64,000 nt of DNA from Octopus sinensis (taxonomy: Eukaryota): the NCBI RefSeq assembly GCF_006345805.1, contig NC_043002.1:101246001-101310000 (forward strand), given 5' to 3'. A model generated the notes under the pieces. The model saw nothing but the letters and a program-made list of their open reading frames with translations. It had not been told where the DNA came from and searched no databases. Below, in pieces: positions 1 to 14,235 of the stretch. Position numbers and translations under genes: made by a program. Within the stretch, counting starts at the first letter, position 1. Each line of letters starts with the position of its first letter.

Positions 1-825
1 TCGTCGGACAGTTGTGAGCAAGCCTGGAATAAAATTGTGATGGTACATGTAATATATGATTTGATAGAATCCAATTTATAATGATTTGTATTTACGTGCT
101 ATGCCGTTATGCAACCATTAATATTCTATGAAGTATATTCAATGTTTTTATAAGTCAACACCACGTCTTCTATTGCATTAGCAGTGCACTTTACATAATT
201 TTCTTAAGGTTATTCCCACAGGTCTACTATACAAATTATAGCCAGCACTTATTTTTGCTACGTCGTTTTGTATACGAGACGTCAAATATAAACAAATAAC
301 GAAATCAGAGATGAAAACTGGGCAATGGACGTAGATGCCATATTTCGTAGTGGTTTTGTCTCCTTCATCAGTCCCCATTTAACCCATTAATCACCCTCGA
401 ACACATTGCTTAAATAGCCACCATACATAGCGGTGACAAGATATTGGATATACCAATTGACATATTAAACGCATTCCTGGAAGTTGGTACGTAAAACTAA
501 AGATTGAGAGGTACGTAGTGTTTCGTTATGCAACCATTATATATCATAAAGAGGTCTATGACATGTTTTTATAAATCAACGCGTTCATGGATGATGACTT
601 AGATGGGTACTTATGAAGAGACAAAACCCCACGAAATATGGCATATATGCCCATTACCCACTTTTCATCTTCGATTTCATTGTTTGTTGATGTCTGGCGT
701 CTAGAATCTGAAACAATTTTAGCCAGCAAAGACCAGTGCTGTCTGCACTTTCTATAGAAGATTTGTAGAAATAACCTCAGGAAAAACATGAAGAAAATCC
801 ACTTTGACGAATAAACATTTCAGTT

Positions 826-958
826 TCATTCCTTTACTGGTTTCAGTCATTTTACGGCGGTCATGTTGGAGCACCGCCCTTTAGTCGAGCAAATCGACCC
901 ATCAGGACTTATTCTTTGTAAGCCTAGTACTTATTCTATCGGCCTTTTTGCAGAATCG
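826..958 (-). mobile_element. SINE fragment, family C 3' part
   Basis: Reverse complement of the ...GAATAAGTACTAGGCTTACAAAGAATAAGTCC...CGACTAAAGGCGGTGCTCCAGCATGGCCGC...GACTGAAAC tail seen at 22750-22915 and 32070-32250. Confidence 0.85.
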
Positions 959-1209
959 ATCAATGCACACCGTTCATTGCTGTGTGTCACAAGGTCTGCA
1001 AATCTAACAGAAACCTCTAAAGACATTTTAAGATCCACGAAGATCAGAACTTAATTGCTGCTCATAGTGGTCCAAATCAGATCTGCAATCTATGTGATTG
1101 TCTTTTCAATACATTTGTCTGGTTTAAAATCCACAGCTGACGTCATGTTGGATGCAAGGTGTAAATACAAGAGGTGGTCAGAGTCTGCATAAGGAGTAGA
1201 CGACCACCT

Positions 1210-1211
1210 TA

Positions 1212-1292
<81 letters not shown>

Positions 1293-1406
1293 GCCTGCCT
1301 GCATATCTGTCTCTTTATCTATCTACCTATCTGTCTGTTTATCTATCTATCTATCTATCTGTCTGTCTGTCTATTATCCTTCTATCTATCTGTCTGTCTA
1401 TTATCC

Positions 1407-1470
<64 letters not shown>

Positions 1471-1576
1471 GTCTATTTATCTATCTATCTGTCTATCTAT
1501 CTATCTACCTATCTATCTGTCTGTCTATTTATCTATCTACCTATCTGTCTGTTTATCTATCTACCTATCTGTCTGT

Positions 1577-1630
<54 letters not shown>

Positions 1631-1650
1631 GTCTGTCTGTCTGTCTGTCT

Positions 1651-1690
<40 letters not shown>

Positions 1691-1700
1691 TCTATCTGTA
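1210..1700. repeat. Compound (TCTA)n/(TCTG)n microsatellite
   Basis: Direct reading; explains the SIYL-repeat ORF 1174..1776. Confidence 0.97.
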
Positions 1701-2354
1701 TATGTATCTAACATTGTATAAGTGCATATATTTACAGGAACATCAACTCAATATAAATATATATTTTCTGTTCTAATAAAAATAGAATATTTATTTATAG
1801 CAATGTAGTATAAATATATATTTCCTTACCTTACAATAATAAAAATAGTATATATGTTTGTCGCTATGAAATAAAAGAACAGATATTTTCTATATTACAA
1901 TAAAATTGTATATATGGTTACAGCATTGCAATATACACAAGATATATATTTTCTATATTACTGTATTGATTTCTAAATTATGAACAAGCGCTCACATTCC
2001 GAGAAGGGTGTAAACATCTATACACGGTCCAAATTTTTGAGACTAGTGCATATATTTTTGCGTAGCGCTAATGTTGTATTATTCACTCGGTATGTCATTA
2101 GCCTATCATATTATTTTCCTTCATGTTCCAAGGTTGTATAGTTACTTCTCTTTCATGTAGCAAGGTAGTATAGTAGAATACAGTGATTCTCTTTAATCTT
2201 TGCCTTGTTGAGCTGAATATCAGATAGACCGCAAAAAATATGTTCAGAAAGTTACTCTCATCAATGTTGTAGGGCGTATATTCTGACTTTGATTGGTCAG
2301 GTGACTATATTATAGGTGCGTTTACACACATACATATATGGTGAAATCACCGTT

Positions 2355-2477
2355 AAAAAGCACGCGTTGCAGCCACGTGCTAACTTGGACAAATATGTTC
2401 TACTATTGTCTCGGGCCGACCAATGCTTTGTGAGTGAATTTGGTCGATGGAAGTTACATGGAAGATGGTCGTATACA

Positions 2478-2575
<98 letters not shown>

Positions 2576-2582
2576 GAGAGAT
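2355..2582 (+). mobile_element. SINE family C 5' part running into (TA)n(GA)n
   Basis: CTCGGGCCGACCAATGCTTTGTGAGTGAATTTGGT...GTCGTATA matches 22610-22680. Confidence 0.7.
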
Positions 2583-2769
2583 AGAAATGCATTTTGTCAG
2601 TGATCAGGTCGCGGTTTCAAAGCAACGAAAATATTTTGACAAATTAAATTTAAATGTTGAAGTGCATCTAACGGTTTTTGTGTGTTTTAAATGACTTCTA
2701 CGTTGTAATTGTTTTTGTTTCAGCACACGATATCAGAGCAAGTCACTTGCTATGCAAGTACATGTCCGC

Positions 2770-3132
2770 AATATATATATACATATATATATATAAACAT
2801 ATATATATATTTATATACATACATATATACATATACATATATATACATAAATATAAATATACATACATATATATACATATATATATATATACGTATACAT
2901 ACATATATATACATATACATATATATACATATACATATATATACATATACATACATATATATACATATACATATATATACATATACATACATATATATAC
3001 ATATACATATATATACAAATACATACATATATATACATATATATACATATACATATATATACAAATACATATATACATATATATACAAATAAATATATAC
3101 ATATATATATATATATATATGCGATCTATTTG

Positions 3133-3183
<51 letters not shown>

Positions 3184-3192
3184 ATCTATCTG

Positions 3193-3238
<46 letters not shown>
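2770..3238. repeat. Compound (TA)n/(TACA)n microsatellite with a duplicated 60-bp unit
   Basis: GCGATCTATYTGATACATATAT occurs at 3121 and 3181; the Y/I/T/H-rich ORFs here are artefacts. Confidence 0.95.
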
Positions 3239-3239
<1 letters not shown>

Positions 3240-3559
3240 GTAAATCCTCGAGTATAGTCCGCCCTTGAGTATAATACGCAGGGGATTTTTAGGGGGCTGT
3301 AATTCTGAAAAACCTAAACCTTGTGAAAAAGACGCATCCCTTCTCTCACTTGAGTCGTGCGTAATTAAGCCAGCAGCACCTAGTCGAACAAACACTTCCG
3401 TGCATGCGTAATACAATAATGGTGATGTTCTTAACTGTTATATGGGAATGTAAATATGTTTGCAAATTGTTTTTGTTACATGTTATTCTGTATATAGTTA
3501 TAGTTCTCGATGCCAAAATTTTGTGCCAACCCCTCCAGGATCTTCCATACGCATATCAT

Positions 3560-3975
3560 TGCATATTTCCCCCTTCCAGCTCCTCAAATGTTCCATTGAT
3601 GCGATCTTCCTGGTGTAGCACCGCTCGGCTGCCTCAAATTTTGCTATTAATTCGACGCTGTGGGGTGACCACAGTTTAGAGCTGTGGTCCAGACGGCTTA
3701 TGACAAATGTCCTCCATAGTTACCTGGTATTTTGTTTGGAAAGTTCTCAGAATCCATCCTGTCATTTACCTGTACATTGCCACCATGCTGGTGATATCCA
3801 AGTGAAACGAAGCGTTGTTGCTCATATCAATTCCCATATCAGGCACTGTACATTCCTATGGGATTACTGCTCCTTTTGGGTCAAAATACCGTTGTTGCAG
3901 TCTGTTAGCACAAGTTATCTAACAGTGCAGGGCTTGAAATTTGCCTGCATTAAATTTCATTTTGCTTACTTCACC

Positions 3976-4015
<40 letters not shown>

Positions 4016-4330
4016 GGCATCTAGGTATTTTCGTTAAAGATCAGCATTGAAAGATTCCTTGACTGCTTGTACTAATTTTATGTCGTTAGCATAGCTACTA
4101 AGTGTGGCTATCTGTGTATATGATGGCAGGTCAGAAATGGCCACCATAAACAGCAGCGGCTCCAAGAGAGTTTCCTGAAGCACTTCACTCGTTATTGCAG
4201 TTTCCTTGGAGACCATAATTACAATGCCGTATAAACTATCGTTCAAAGCTATAGAGACAAAGTACTGTCTGTCTTTTTTTTTTCTGGTGAAATATATGCT
4301 ACCCAAATTCATGAAACTCAGGATCTTTCA
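3560..4330 (-). mobile_element. CR1-like LINE reverse transcriptase fragment, decayed and split by (TA)n at about 3980-4012
   Basis: Translations TSEVLQETLLEPLLFMVAISDLP...LSSYANDIKLV (SGVPQG...YADD motifs), GWILRTF and SRLDHSSKLWSPHSVELIAKFEAAERCYTRKI. Confidence 0.85.
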
Positions 4331-5237
4331 GAAAATTGTCCGCTGGCATTCTCGGCAATCTTCCGGTTACTCATTCCTTCAGTGCAAGAATCTTTCCTTG
4401 ACCAATTTTGAGAAGCCTTGCAGCTTTAGGCAAATTGAAATGTAATGTGTATCACGACTAAGTCGAATTTTTTCTGGAATAATTTGGAATGAAATGAAAA
4501 TGTATTAGTGTCTTTATAGTTTTGAAATGTTGATATGCTAGGGAAACTTGGAAAATCAGGTGTTGTAATGTGATAATAAAGGAACATGGTTTTAAATTTG
4601 AAAGTATTCAGGAGATACAGATGTGCAATATATTATGCTTGTTTGTCCACTTAAATGCGGCGCTAAATTTCTAAATAACTTTTAAAACATGTGGTTTTAT
4701 AGTTTTGAATAGTAGTTTATATACTTAAACATATTAATATAAATACATATATATTTTTTTTCTGTTAGAGAAAGGGTTTGGTTAAGGTCATCCATCTCAG
4801 TTACAACTGGTACTTATTGTAACAACGCCTAGCAAGGAAGATAATTCGCTATTTAAAAAAATATCCTGCAGACCATCTCAGAATATCACGAACGGGACAC
4901 GACACTAGGCCGTTGCAAGACTCAGTTTTGAGTATAGGTGCTAATAGATTACATCGACCCAGTGCTCAGTTGGTAAGTATTCTATTGATTTCGAAGCGAT
5001 GAAGTGCAGAATTGACACCAGCGGGATTGGAAATCAGAACCGAAAGAGTTGGAAGAAATGGAGGTAAAGAATTTCGATTGGCGTGATAACCCTACTGCCC
5101 GCTCGCTGCATTATCGGAAGGGATCAGCTCACCAGTTTTAGTAGGATTACCGCATCATTTGATAGGTTTCTAGTAGTTTATTATTTCTGGAATATTATGT
5201 CTAGTTATTTCAGTTAGTTTATTCCTACTAACATTTA

Positions 5238-5622
5238 TCTCGTGGCACTCCGTCGGTTGCGACGATGAGGGTTCCAGTTGATCCGATGAACGAAACAGTC
5301 TGCTCATGAAATTAACGTGCAAGTGGCTGAACACTCCACAGACTTGTGTACCCCTTAAAGTAGTACTCGAGGAGATTCAACGTAACACAGTGAGTGACAA
5401 GTCTGACCCTTTGAAATACAGGTACAACAGAAACAGGAAGAAAGAGTGAGAGAAAGTTGCGGTGAAAGAATACAGCGATGTTCGACACCACCCCCTGCCG
5501 GAGCCACGTGGAGCTTTAGGTGTTTTCGCTCAATAAACACTCACAACGCCCGGTCTAGGAATCGAAACCGCAATGCTACGACTGTGAGTCCGCTGCACTA
5601 ACCACTGGGCGATTGCCCCTGC
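5238..5622 (-). mobile_element. Full-length tRNA-derived SINE, family A (Arg-like head)
   Basis: Reverse complement of 29201-29582; flanked by an 11-bp TSD ACTAACATTTA (5227-5237, 5623-5633). Confidence 0.92.
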
Positions 5623-8065
5623 ACTAACATTTAACTAATACTATATCATGTTTAGTTTATGACTGATAGTTTATTGCCGTCAGCTTATTATTGCAAATTT
5701 ATTATTGGTTGTTTATCTTTTATTCCTGCTAGTGTATTACTTATAAGTTTATTAATACTAGTTTATTTTTCTCGATCTATCCCTTTGAATCTATCAATAC
5801 CAGCTTATTATTGCTAATAACTAAATTCGAAGTAAAATATTAGTTATAAATAAGTTGTAATAAACTACTAGCAATAAACTAATAACTGTCAGTTAATTGG
5901 AATGAACAAATAGTAATAATCTAATCGTAATAAATTAGTCACAATAAGCAAGCAGGAATATATTACTAGTAATAGACTAGTAGTAATAAGTTAATAGAAC
6001 AGCAGTGATTAATAAACTAGTTGTAATCCACGACAAAAAAAAATAAATAAAAATAAAAATAAGGATTAGATTAGATATTAACCCTTTTTGCCTGTCCAAA
6101 GTTTTTCATATGTTTATCCTAAACGCCCAAGCTTGCTTTTAGATTTTTTTTAATTAACCCATGTTTTACGTGTTCTGAGTAACGCTTTCCTTACGTAAGT
6201 CCATAGTACTCAGGTGGTTGAAAAAAATATATATGATGCATGGGTACCAGGGTAACATGTCCTGTGTTAAGGAGATTATACACATATTTATTAGAGACAA
6301 ATACAATATCCTTGATAACTGGAGTATACATATATACAGAGAGAAAAATAGCGTATGTTTTGAAGATTAATTGACGTGTGTGTGTGGTGGGGGAGCGGAA
6401 TCGATATTTTATGCACTGTGTTTCGATTCCTCCTGCTATATTCTGAGTTCAAAACTTGTTGCAGTTGACTATGCTTTTCATGTCCCCGAAGCAAATAATA
6501 TAATTAGCAATAACTTAATAACGGCGAATCAAATGAATTATAACTTTCATCCGTTTTTGAAAATGAAGGGCTTTTGTACTCGGAATAAAATTAGATATGT
6601 AATGCGCTGAAGAAAATGTAAAATCTCTCTGAAACGATGGACTCACTTTTGATGTCTGTTTAAATTAGTATTTACTTTGGAGTTAAATTAGTATTTACTG
6701 TATTACTTCTTAGTTTGAGTGGTTTCATATGAGGAATTCAGAGAGCAAATAAGCAAGTTTTACCGATTTCTTTATTTCGACTGTCTAATTTCTACCATAA
6801 CCAATCAAAAGAAACAGAATTTCTATACACTTGACTCCAGGATATAGCTTCAATAAAACTCGTTTCCTTACTTGTTATTGCTCTTATGCTTGTCAACTGA
6901 GTTTTCAAATGAAAGACAAGAAGGAAAAAGAGAGATGGTTTATTTGACGATTGCAAAGTAGGAAGTTTACAACTAATGGTGATAAAATTGCTCAAGGGTA
7001 AGTCATAGATCCGACTTACATTATTTAATACTTTCATCTGATATTTAAAACAAGACACCGTCAAGATTAGTTGCTCTTTGAACTCGAACGAGTCTGGCAG
7101 AAGCGTAAGGTTGGCCAGTGCTGCATTAATGTTCTCCAGTTCTGACAGGGAAAAAGTTAGGATCTCCATCAATGCAAATCTTCCCACAATCCATACGTCT
7201 ACGGTGTCAGTCTATGGTTTTCCTCTGTCTTTTTCTTGCGGCTGTTTTGTCTTCAACTGTTCGCATGTAGAAGATTTTAGTCAATCTCTTTGATTTTACA
7301 ATATATTTATTCCATTTGTGTGACGGACATCTGTTTTGCAGATTTGTATAATTGTGATACCATGTGTCTGTGTCTCAGATGACCAAGATCTCCCGACATC
7401 ACTTTATTTGATGCAATTTCAGCATTCAATTATGATGATATGTAGTGATGACAACGTGTGATGATTACAACATGATGAAAATATGTTGTGATGACGATTT
7501 GCGGCGATTACAATATCACAGTCTAATGACAGACTGTGACAACTAAATATATGATAAGAATATGAGGATGTATAAAAACGAGGCGATAAAACCGTACGGA
7601 AGAAGTATTGATTATATCCGATGCTAATGTTGACTAATGAAACATGGAAAAAGATAGCCTTACTCCATTCAAGTGTCTAATTAATCACCAAAGAAAATAT
7701 TATGCACATCATATGTATACACATACGATACTAAGGGGCAGTCTACAGTGATACATTGAAGAGTAAATAACGACGAATACACAATAGGAAACACTGGTAG
7801 ATAGTAGTACATGAAACAACAAGTAATGGTGGTGCATCCATCTGAAACTAGTGAACGTAGTACACATTATTACACAGAGGTAGAGCAGGTAGCAAAATGT
7901 AATGAAGGCAGACATGAAGAGAACTGGAAACATTTAGCGAAGAACTAAACTAACGCTATAATTCTTAGCAACATACCTTGGGACATTTGTCCACTTAGAA
8001 GAAGAAAAAGTATTCACACTTGAGCAGATTCAGCCTCAACAAGATGCAAAGTGTTCATCTTCCTT

Positions 8066-8110
<45 letters not shown>

Positions 8111-8589
8111 ACATCATACTAAGTAACGTAATGATTTAGTGTCATTAATCTTTTATTTTATAACAAAATTTCTTCTATTTTATATTACAAATTAATAGCA
8201 GTTTAGCTTGATGCATGAATCAAGTCAGTTTTGCAGCCAACATTGTATTGATATCTTACTCGAGCAATTCACTAATGTGAAATAGATTATAAATTCAATT
8301 TATCTGTAATTTGATCATTGGCCACTTGGACATTTTAGAAATTGTACGGTGAAGGCAAGGACTTTAATCCCTCCTTTTAATGAAGACAAATGTTTCTGTC
8401 AGCCGTATGATTAACCAACCAGGCATAGCCCACTCCTTCCACTTGTAAATAACTTCGATGAAGAGACAAACCAGCTAATTGGTTGACATTAGATAAATTT
8501 TCGTAACAAAAAGGACAGTATGGTCGGCGAGCTTTTACATAATGACAATAATGTTTAGCAGTGAGAGATATATTACTAATAACCGTTTC

Positions 8590-9170
8590 TGCTATAGGCA
8601 CACAGCCTGAAATTTTAGCGGAAGACGTAAGTCGATTAATTCGACCCAAGTGTCTAACGTGCTTATTTTATCGACCCCGACAGATAAAATCGATCTCTGA
8701 GGAATTTAAACTCAGAACGAAAGTACTGACGAAATACCTATTTCTTTACTGCCCAAACAAGGACAGACAAACGGATTAAGTCGATTACATCAACCCCAGT
8801 GCGTAAGTGGTACTTAATTTATCGACCCCGAAAGGATGAAAGGCAAAGTCGACCTCGGCGGAATTTGAACTCAGAACGTAGCGACAGACGAAATACGTCT
8901 TCGCATTTCGCCCGGCGTGCTAACGATTCTGCCAGCTCGCCGTACTGACGAAATACCGGTAAGCATTTTGTTTGGCGTGCTAAGCATTCTACTTGCTCAA
9001 CACTTTAGCCCCATTGCTCATAATAAAGGTGATTGTGATAATGTTTAATTCCGCTGAGGTCGACTGTGCCTTTCATCCTTTCGATCAAGTACGTAAAAAT
9101 CCAGTATTGGGGATCGATGTTATCAAATTCCCCTCCCTTCAAAATCGATGATCTTGTGTGTCAACATTAG
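8590..9170. mobile_element. Cluster of nested/tandem family B SINE copies
   Basis: Minus-strand copy about 8750-8940 has a tRNA-like head (GGCGAGCTGGCAGAATCGTTAG A box, GAGTTCAAATTCC B box) and the central domain CGACTTTGCCTTTCATCCTTTCGGGGTCGATAAA. Partial copies flank it on both strands. Confidence 0.85.
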
Positions 9171-9384
9171 AAAGAAAAAAAATATAAGTAGTAGTGAGGC
9201 CAGTACGTTCTCTATGCTATTCAAAAATTTCAGTCAACAGAACTTATTGGAGTTACCTCCCCTTGATGTTGTTTTAATACTTTAAGTACACATAAACAGA
9301 GTTTCCTTTTTTTCTTTATCAAATAATTGCTTTAATAAACCTGGTTGGGAGAAATTTTCGAACCTATTATATTTCATATATACG

Positions 9385-9590
9385 AGGGCGTATGACCCTG
9401 TGAGTAGGGTGCTGCACTCCTGATCGTGAGATCGTAGTTTCAATTCCTGGCCCGAGTGGTGCAATTTATTCTTGAGCAAAACACTTCATCTCACGCTGCT
9501 CTACGATCACTTTCTACACCTGACATGTGGCAGACAGTGTACCTGTTCAGGCAACATTAATTTGATGGAGGCTGTGAGCGAATGTACAGC
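9385..9590 (+). mobile_element. tRNA-headed CORE-like SINE, family D, decayed
   Basis: GTAGTTTCAATTCCTGGCCC B-box-like stretch followed by TTCTTGAGCAAAACACTTCATCTCAC, similar to the reverse complement of 49830-49865. Confidence 0.6.
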
Positions 9591-10165
9591 AGAAAAGCTT
9601 GTTTAACAAGAAATCGCAGAAGCGTCTTTCTCGAACCACGAGAGATTACCAATGCGTAGGATGGACCCTACCATGTTGGTGTATAGGATGCAGTAGAACG
9701 CTACGTACCACATTTGGTCATTCATCATATTACTGAACATGGTATAGTGGGTAGTGTAGTAGTAGTTGTATTTTAGCAAGGGTAGAAGTGACGGTGTTGG
9801 CGTTCGTCGTGCTTGTAGTTTTAGTATTGGTATTGGTCTTGTTAGTTGTGTGAGTAGCATTAGTACTAGCAGTGTTAACAGTTGCAGTATTAGTAGTGGC
9901 AATACGAGACGTGATGAAGTTGTAGTATTAATGTAAGTAACAGTAGTGGTCTTAGTAACCGTAGATGTGGTAGTGTTTGAAAAGGTAATGGCTGCAGAGT
10001 TGGCTGTAATAGTGTATAGCCTCGTTTATGACTGTTTTATCCACCATTGATTCAAGATAACACGGTGCATTCAATTATTTTTATTCGAAATCTGACCCAG
10101 GGCTGATGGTTCCTTATTCCATAGAAAATATAAAGCTTCTACCTTTCAGATGAAAATATCTTTCT

Positions 10166-10169
<4 letters not shown>

Positions 10170-10232
<63 letters not shown>

Positions 10233-10260
10233 CATAATGATGATGATGATGATAATAATA
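10170..10260. repeat. (AAT)n/(GAT)n microsatellite
   Basis: Direct reading. Confidence 0.95.
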
Positions 10261-10836
10261 AATGCCTTGAAGTAGTACCAGGCAGTGGCTCTCATATGGC
10301 TTCTGATCTTAACTGATTGGAAGTGTTATCATGTACATTGTTTTGTCTTTGTATAAAAGATGGGCTACAGCAAATATTCTGCTCAATACCACAGATTTGC
10401 TTGTCAGTTATTTGACCTTAAGCAGTTGAGCCTGTCTCTTAGTGGCTGATGATATGTGCATCTCTGATCACAAGCAGAAGTAGTTGGGGAGGATCATAGC
10501 CGTGTGTTGAAAGGAATTCTAAGAGGTTTGGGTAATTCACCTTCGGAAACATGGGTGTTTCGTTCAACATCCTTAAACAATCCTTGTTCAGGAACCTTTT
10601 GAACGAGGGAAGGGGGCTAATCGAGCAGAAGAAAATTCTAACTGGGATCCACCTGCAAGGTCATGCGCTGTTTGTTTTGATATGAGATAACCATGTCACG
10701 CACATATGGTTGTGATGCATGTGCCTGGTGTAACCTTATGAGACGGGTAGTCATGATGGGTATACTGGGCTTCGTAACCCCAGTGTCACTTTGATGGCAT
10801 GCAATGCTCTCTCACTCAATAATGATAATAATAATA

Positions 10837-12065
10837 TTTGATGCAGAAAGAAATGCCAGAAAAGATTAAGGTGGAGTAATTGCGCAGACTGAGACTGATC
10901 CTTAAGTCGAAATTAAACGGACGGAATAAGATCGAAGCTATCAATATCTGGGTGGGTTCACTCCTCAGATATGGAGCAGGGGTAATCGCATGGGCAGTAG
11001 ACGAACTAAACAGCTTAGACAGAAAGGCAAGGAAGTTGATAACTAGATATGGGTCACTTCGCCCAAAAAGTGACACAGAGAGACTGTATGTACCAAGAAA
11101 AAGAGGGGGAAGAGGACTTATTGGAAGCGAACACAGCATTAGAGCAGAAGAAAACAACATACCATGGTATGTAAAAATGCCACAGAACCGCTATTATTAG
11201 AAGTAGGAAGTTCAGGCTTATGTAGGATGACAGATTGCAAAGATAAAGCACTATACAAGAAATTGAAAACGGATGAAACTGAAAATAGGTGGGTAAAGAA
11301 AAGAATGCATTGTTAATTTCATAGGGATTTTGAAGATAAGACGGACAGAGAAAACAGATGGCTGTGGATGACTAAAAGCGATTTAAAACCGAAAACGGAG
11401 GCTCTAATCTGTGCTGCCCAAGAGCAAACACTAAGAACAAATTACATAAAATACAGAACAAAACTATGAAACCGTATGGCATATTACCAGCCAATGTACG
11501 CCAGTAGCTCAGAAGGAATATAAGAGAGGCCACGACAAATAACCAGGCTTGTCCAGTGGACACTTTACATCAAGTATGGACTTGACAGAGCAAAAAATTG
11601 GTACGACCACAAACCTGAAGGCATTGTCGAAAGTAGAAATGCAAAGATCCTATGTGATTTTATGTGCGACCATGAGATTGAGAATAGGAAGCCGGACATA
11701 GTCTTAATTGAGTAAGAAAACAAACTATGCTGGATAATAGATATAGCATGCTCCGCCGACAACAAGGTTTGTGTTTAGAAAGAAAGAAAAGTCGAGAGAT
11801 ATGACAGGTTAGCTTGGGAAGTTAAGCAGTTGTGGTCGATGAAAAAGGTAGCAGGAGTACCAATAATTGTCGGGGCCCGGGGAACAGTAAGGGCTGCAAT
11901 AAGGGTGGAGCACTTGCAGAAAACAGCACAGCTTGGAACCGCTCGAATACTCCAGAAGGTGCTCGAAAAATAAGAGGTGTTACCTTAGTTCAATGGTGGT
12001 GAAAATCTGACACTGTGGTATTCTCCAGCGTTAGAAGCTGTGTAAAGGCAATAATAATAATAATA

Positions 12066-12097
<32 letters not shown>
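10837..12097 (+). mobile_element. 5'-truncated R4/Dong-like non-LTR retrotransposon (RT C-terminus plus REL endonuclease) with (TAA)n tail
   Basis: ILKSKLNGRNKIEAIN...RLYVPRKRGGRGL, then RKPDIVLIE...IIDIAC...VPIIVGA (PD-(D/E)xK REL motif); frameshifts and stops; (TAA)n tail from 12050. Confidence 0.9.
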
Positions 12098-13033
12098 TCT
12101 ACAGAGAATACACGCACACACACACACACACACACATATATATAGTGAATAATTATATCCGTTTCATTATTATGCAGCATATTTCATTAACATTTGATTG
12201 CGCAGTAATAACTCTGCATCGGACCAAGGACTTAATTGGAGAGAATGATCAGATACCAGAGAACTCTTGCTCTGTTACCCTCGATGCAATCATATTATGA
12301 TTAGATGGAATCAAAATGTCAGAATGATCAGGGGATAAATCAATATCAATTTAACAAATTGTCATAACTAATAAGTCTTCTCAACAATAAGTCTTCTCAA
12401 AAGTGTTTTGCGCACGTCTTCAGGATTAAAACATAGAAACAAAAAAAAATTTACGGATGTTGTAAAGATAAAACAATTGAGAAAAACTCATAAAATGCAT
12501 TAAGTTGTTATTTAACCAAAGTTTTTACAGCTTTTCAAACGCACGTTGGAGGTCCTGATCGAGCATATCTACCAAAAGTATTTCAGCAATAAAATGTGTG
12601 TGTATGTATGTATGTATGTATGTATGTATGTATGTATGCCTAGCTGTCTGTCTATCTGTCTGCTTGTCTGTCTGTATGTATGTCTGTCTGTATGTATAAT
12701 TTTTGTTTGAGTTTAATTTTTTTTCTTAAGAGAGTTCAAGCCAGTTGCTAACAAAGCGACACAGTTTTTCGAGTTAAGACAGTTCCCTTTTTTTCCAAAT
12801 GTGTGGTTGAGTTTCAGTGTTGTTTCAACTGTCGACCTATACATCCAAGTGCGTGCATGTATTCACATAAAAACCTCACATGCAGAATTTTTAGAATGTG
12901 TTACCCATTTTTCCTGTACCACTAACAGATTGAATCTGAGGGGTCCGCATAAATTTCTTTAGGTGTTTCTTTTCGTGAAACCGAGTATTTGTAAGTTTTT
13001 TAATGCAAATTAGCTGCTACATAACCTAATCGT

Positions 13034-13373
13034 AGCACTCTGTCAGTTACGATGACGCGGGTTCCAGTTGATCCGATCAATGGAAGAGCCTGCTCGTGAA
13101 ATTAACGGGCAAGTGGCTGAGTACTCCACAGACACGTGTATCCTTAACGTAGCTCTCGGGGAGATTCAGCGTGACACAAAAGTGTGACAAGGCTGGCCCT
13201 TCGAAATACAGGTACAATAGAAACTGGAAGAAAGTGTGAGAAGAAGTTGTGGTACAAGAGTAAAGCAGGGCTCGCCAGCACCCCCTGCCGGAGCCTCGTG
13301 GAACTTTAAGTGTTTTCGCTCAACAAACACTCACAACACCTGGTCCGGCAATCGAAACCGCGATCGTACGACC
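13034..13373 (-). mobile_element. Family A SINE whose tRNA head is cut off at the Penelope junction
   Basis: Matches 5238-5622 and stops at GATCGTACGACC in the middle of the head. Confidence 0.88.
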
Positions 13374-14235
13374 ACCTCCATTCACTACAAACACACAGAC
13401 TCACACTCATACCTCAACTTCTCTTCCTCCCACCCAGAACACACCAAGCTTTCCATCCCCTATTCCCAATTCCTCCGTCTACGTAGGCTCTGTAGTGACG
13501 ACCATGACTTTGAGACTCAGTCTCAACGTATGGCTCACCCTACGTGGATACCCCCTCACCACTATCCACACCGCCCTTGCCAGAGCACGGTCCGTGGACC
13601 GTGTATCTGCTCTCTCTCCCCGAACCCGCCCTATAGTCTCCCGCCTCCCTTTTCCCCTCACTTACCACCCCACGACCCTACGTCTCCAACGCACCATTCT
13701 TCGAGCTTTCCGTCATCTCCAGTCCGACCCGTCCACTTCACACCTCTTCCCTAACCGACCCCTCCCCTCTTTCAAACGAGCCCACAACCTTCGAGACCTT
13801 TTGGTCCATAGCTCCTTCCCTGACCCTACCTCCCAACCCGGCTCGTTCCCCTGCTCCCGCCCACGTTGCCGCACTTGCCCTTACCTCTCCAACACCACCC
13901 GCCTCACTAGCACCCACCATCGACCCTATCCCATCATCCACTCCTTCACCTGCACCTCCAGCAATATTATCTATTGCATCTCTTGCTCTCTCTGCAATTC
14001 CTTGTACATCGGACAAACGGGACGCCGCTTGGCTGACCGGTTCGCGGAACACCTTCGTGACATCCACCTTGCGAACGACACACCGGTCTCACGCCATTTC
14101 CGCTCCACCGGTCACTCCTTGCAACACCTATCTGTGTTCGGTTTGTCCTTACACAGAGGCCATCCGGATTCCCGTTTGCGCCGTGAACAGGAATTAATCT
14201 TCTCTCTTCGCTCTTATACGCCATTTGGTCTCAAC
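13371..14235 (+). pseudogene. PLE RT-thumb/GIY-YIG coding remnant with one frameshift near 13550
   Basis: ORF 13236..13754 supplies the thumb and ORF 13495..14556 supplies the GIY-YIG domain; the frame switches after SQRMA. Confidence 0.88.

Noticed and set aside
1174-1776. 200-aa ORF, and the many I/Y/H/T/C/V/M-rich ORFs across the window
   Set aside because: Translations of (TCTA)n, (TA)n, (CA)n and (TATG)n microsatellites.
6600-6650. CTGAAGA...GAAACGATGGAC hammerhead-like stretch
   Set aside because: No GUH cleavage triplet and stems I and II do not pair.
7516-7539. Perfect 9-bp hairpin TCACAGTCT/AGACTGTGA
   Set aside because: A single short stem in low-complexity GAT-rich sequence; plausible by chance in 64 kb.
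10262-10820. Sequence between (AAT)n tracts as a host exon
   Set aside because: No open frame or splice signals; looks like an unclassified interspersed repeat or LINE UTR, which I cannot assign.
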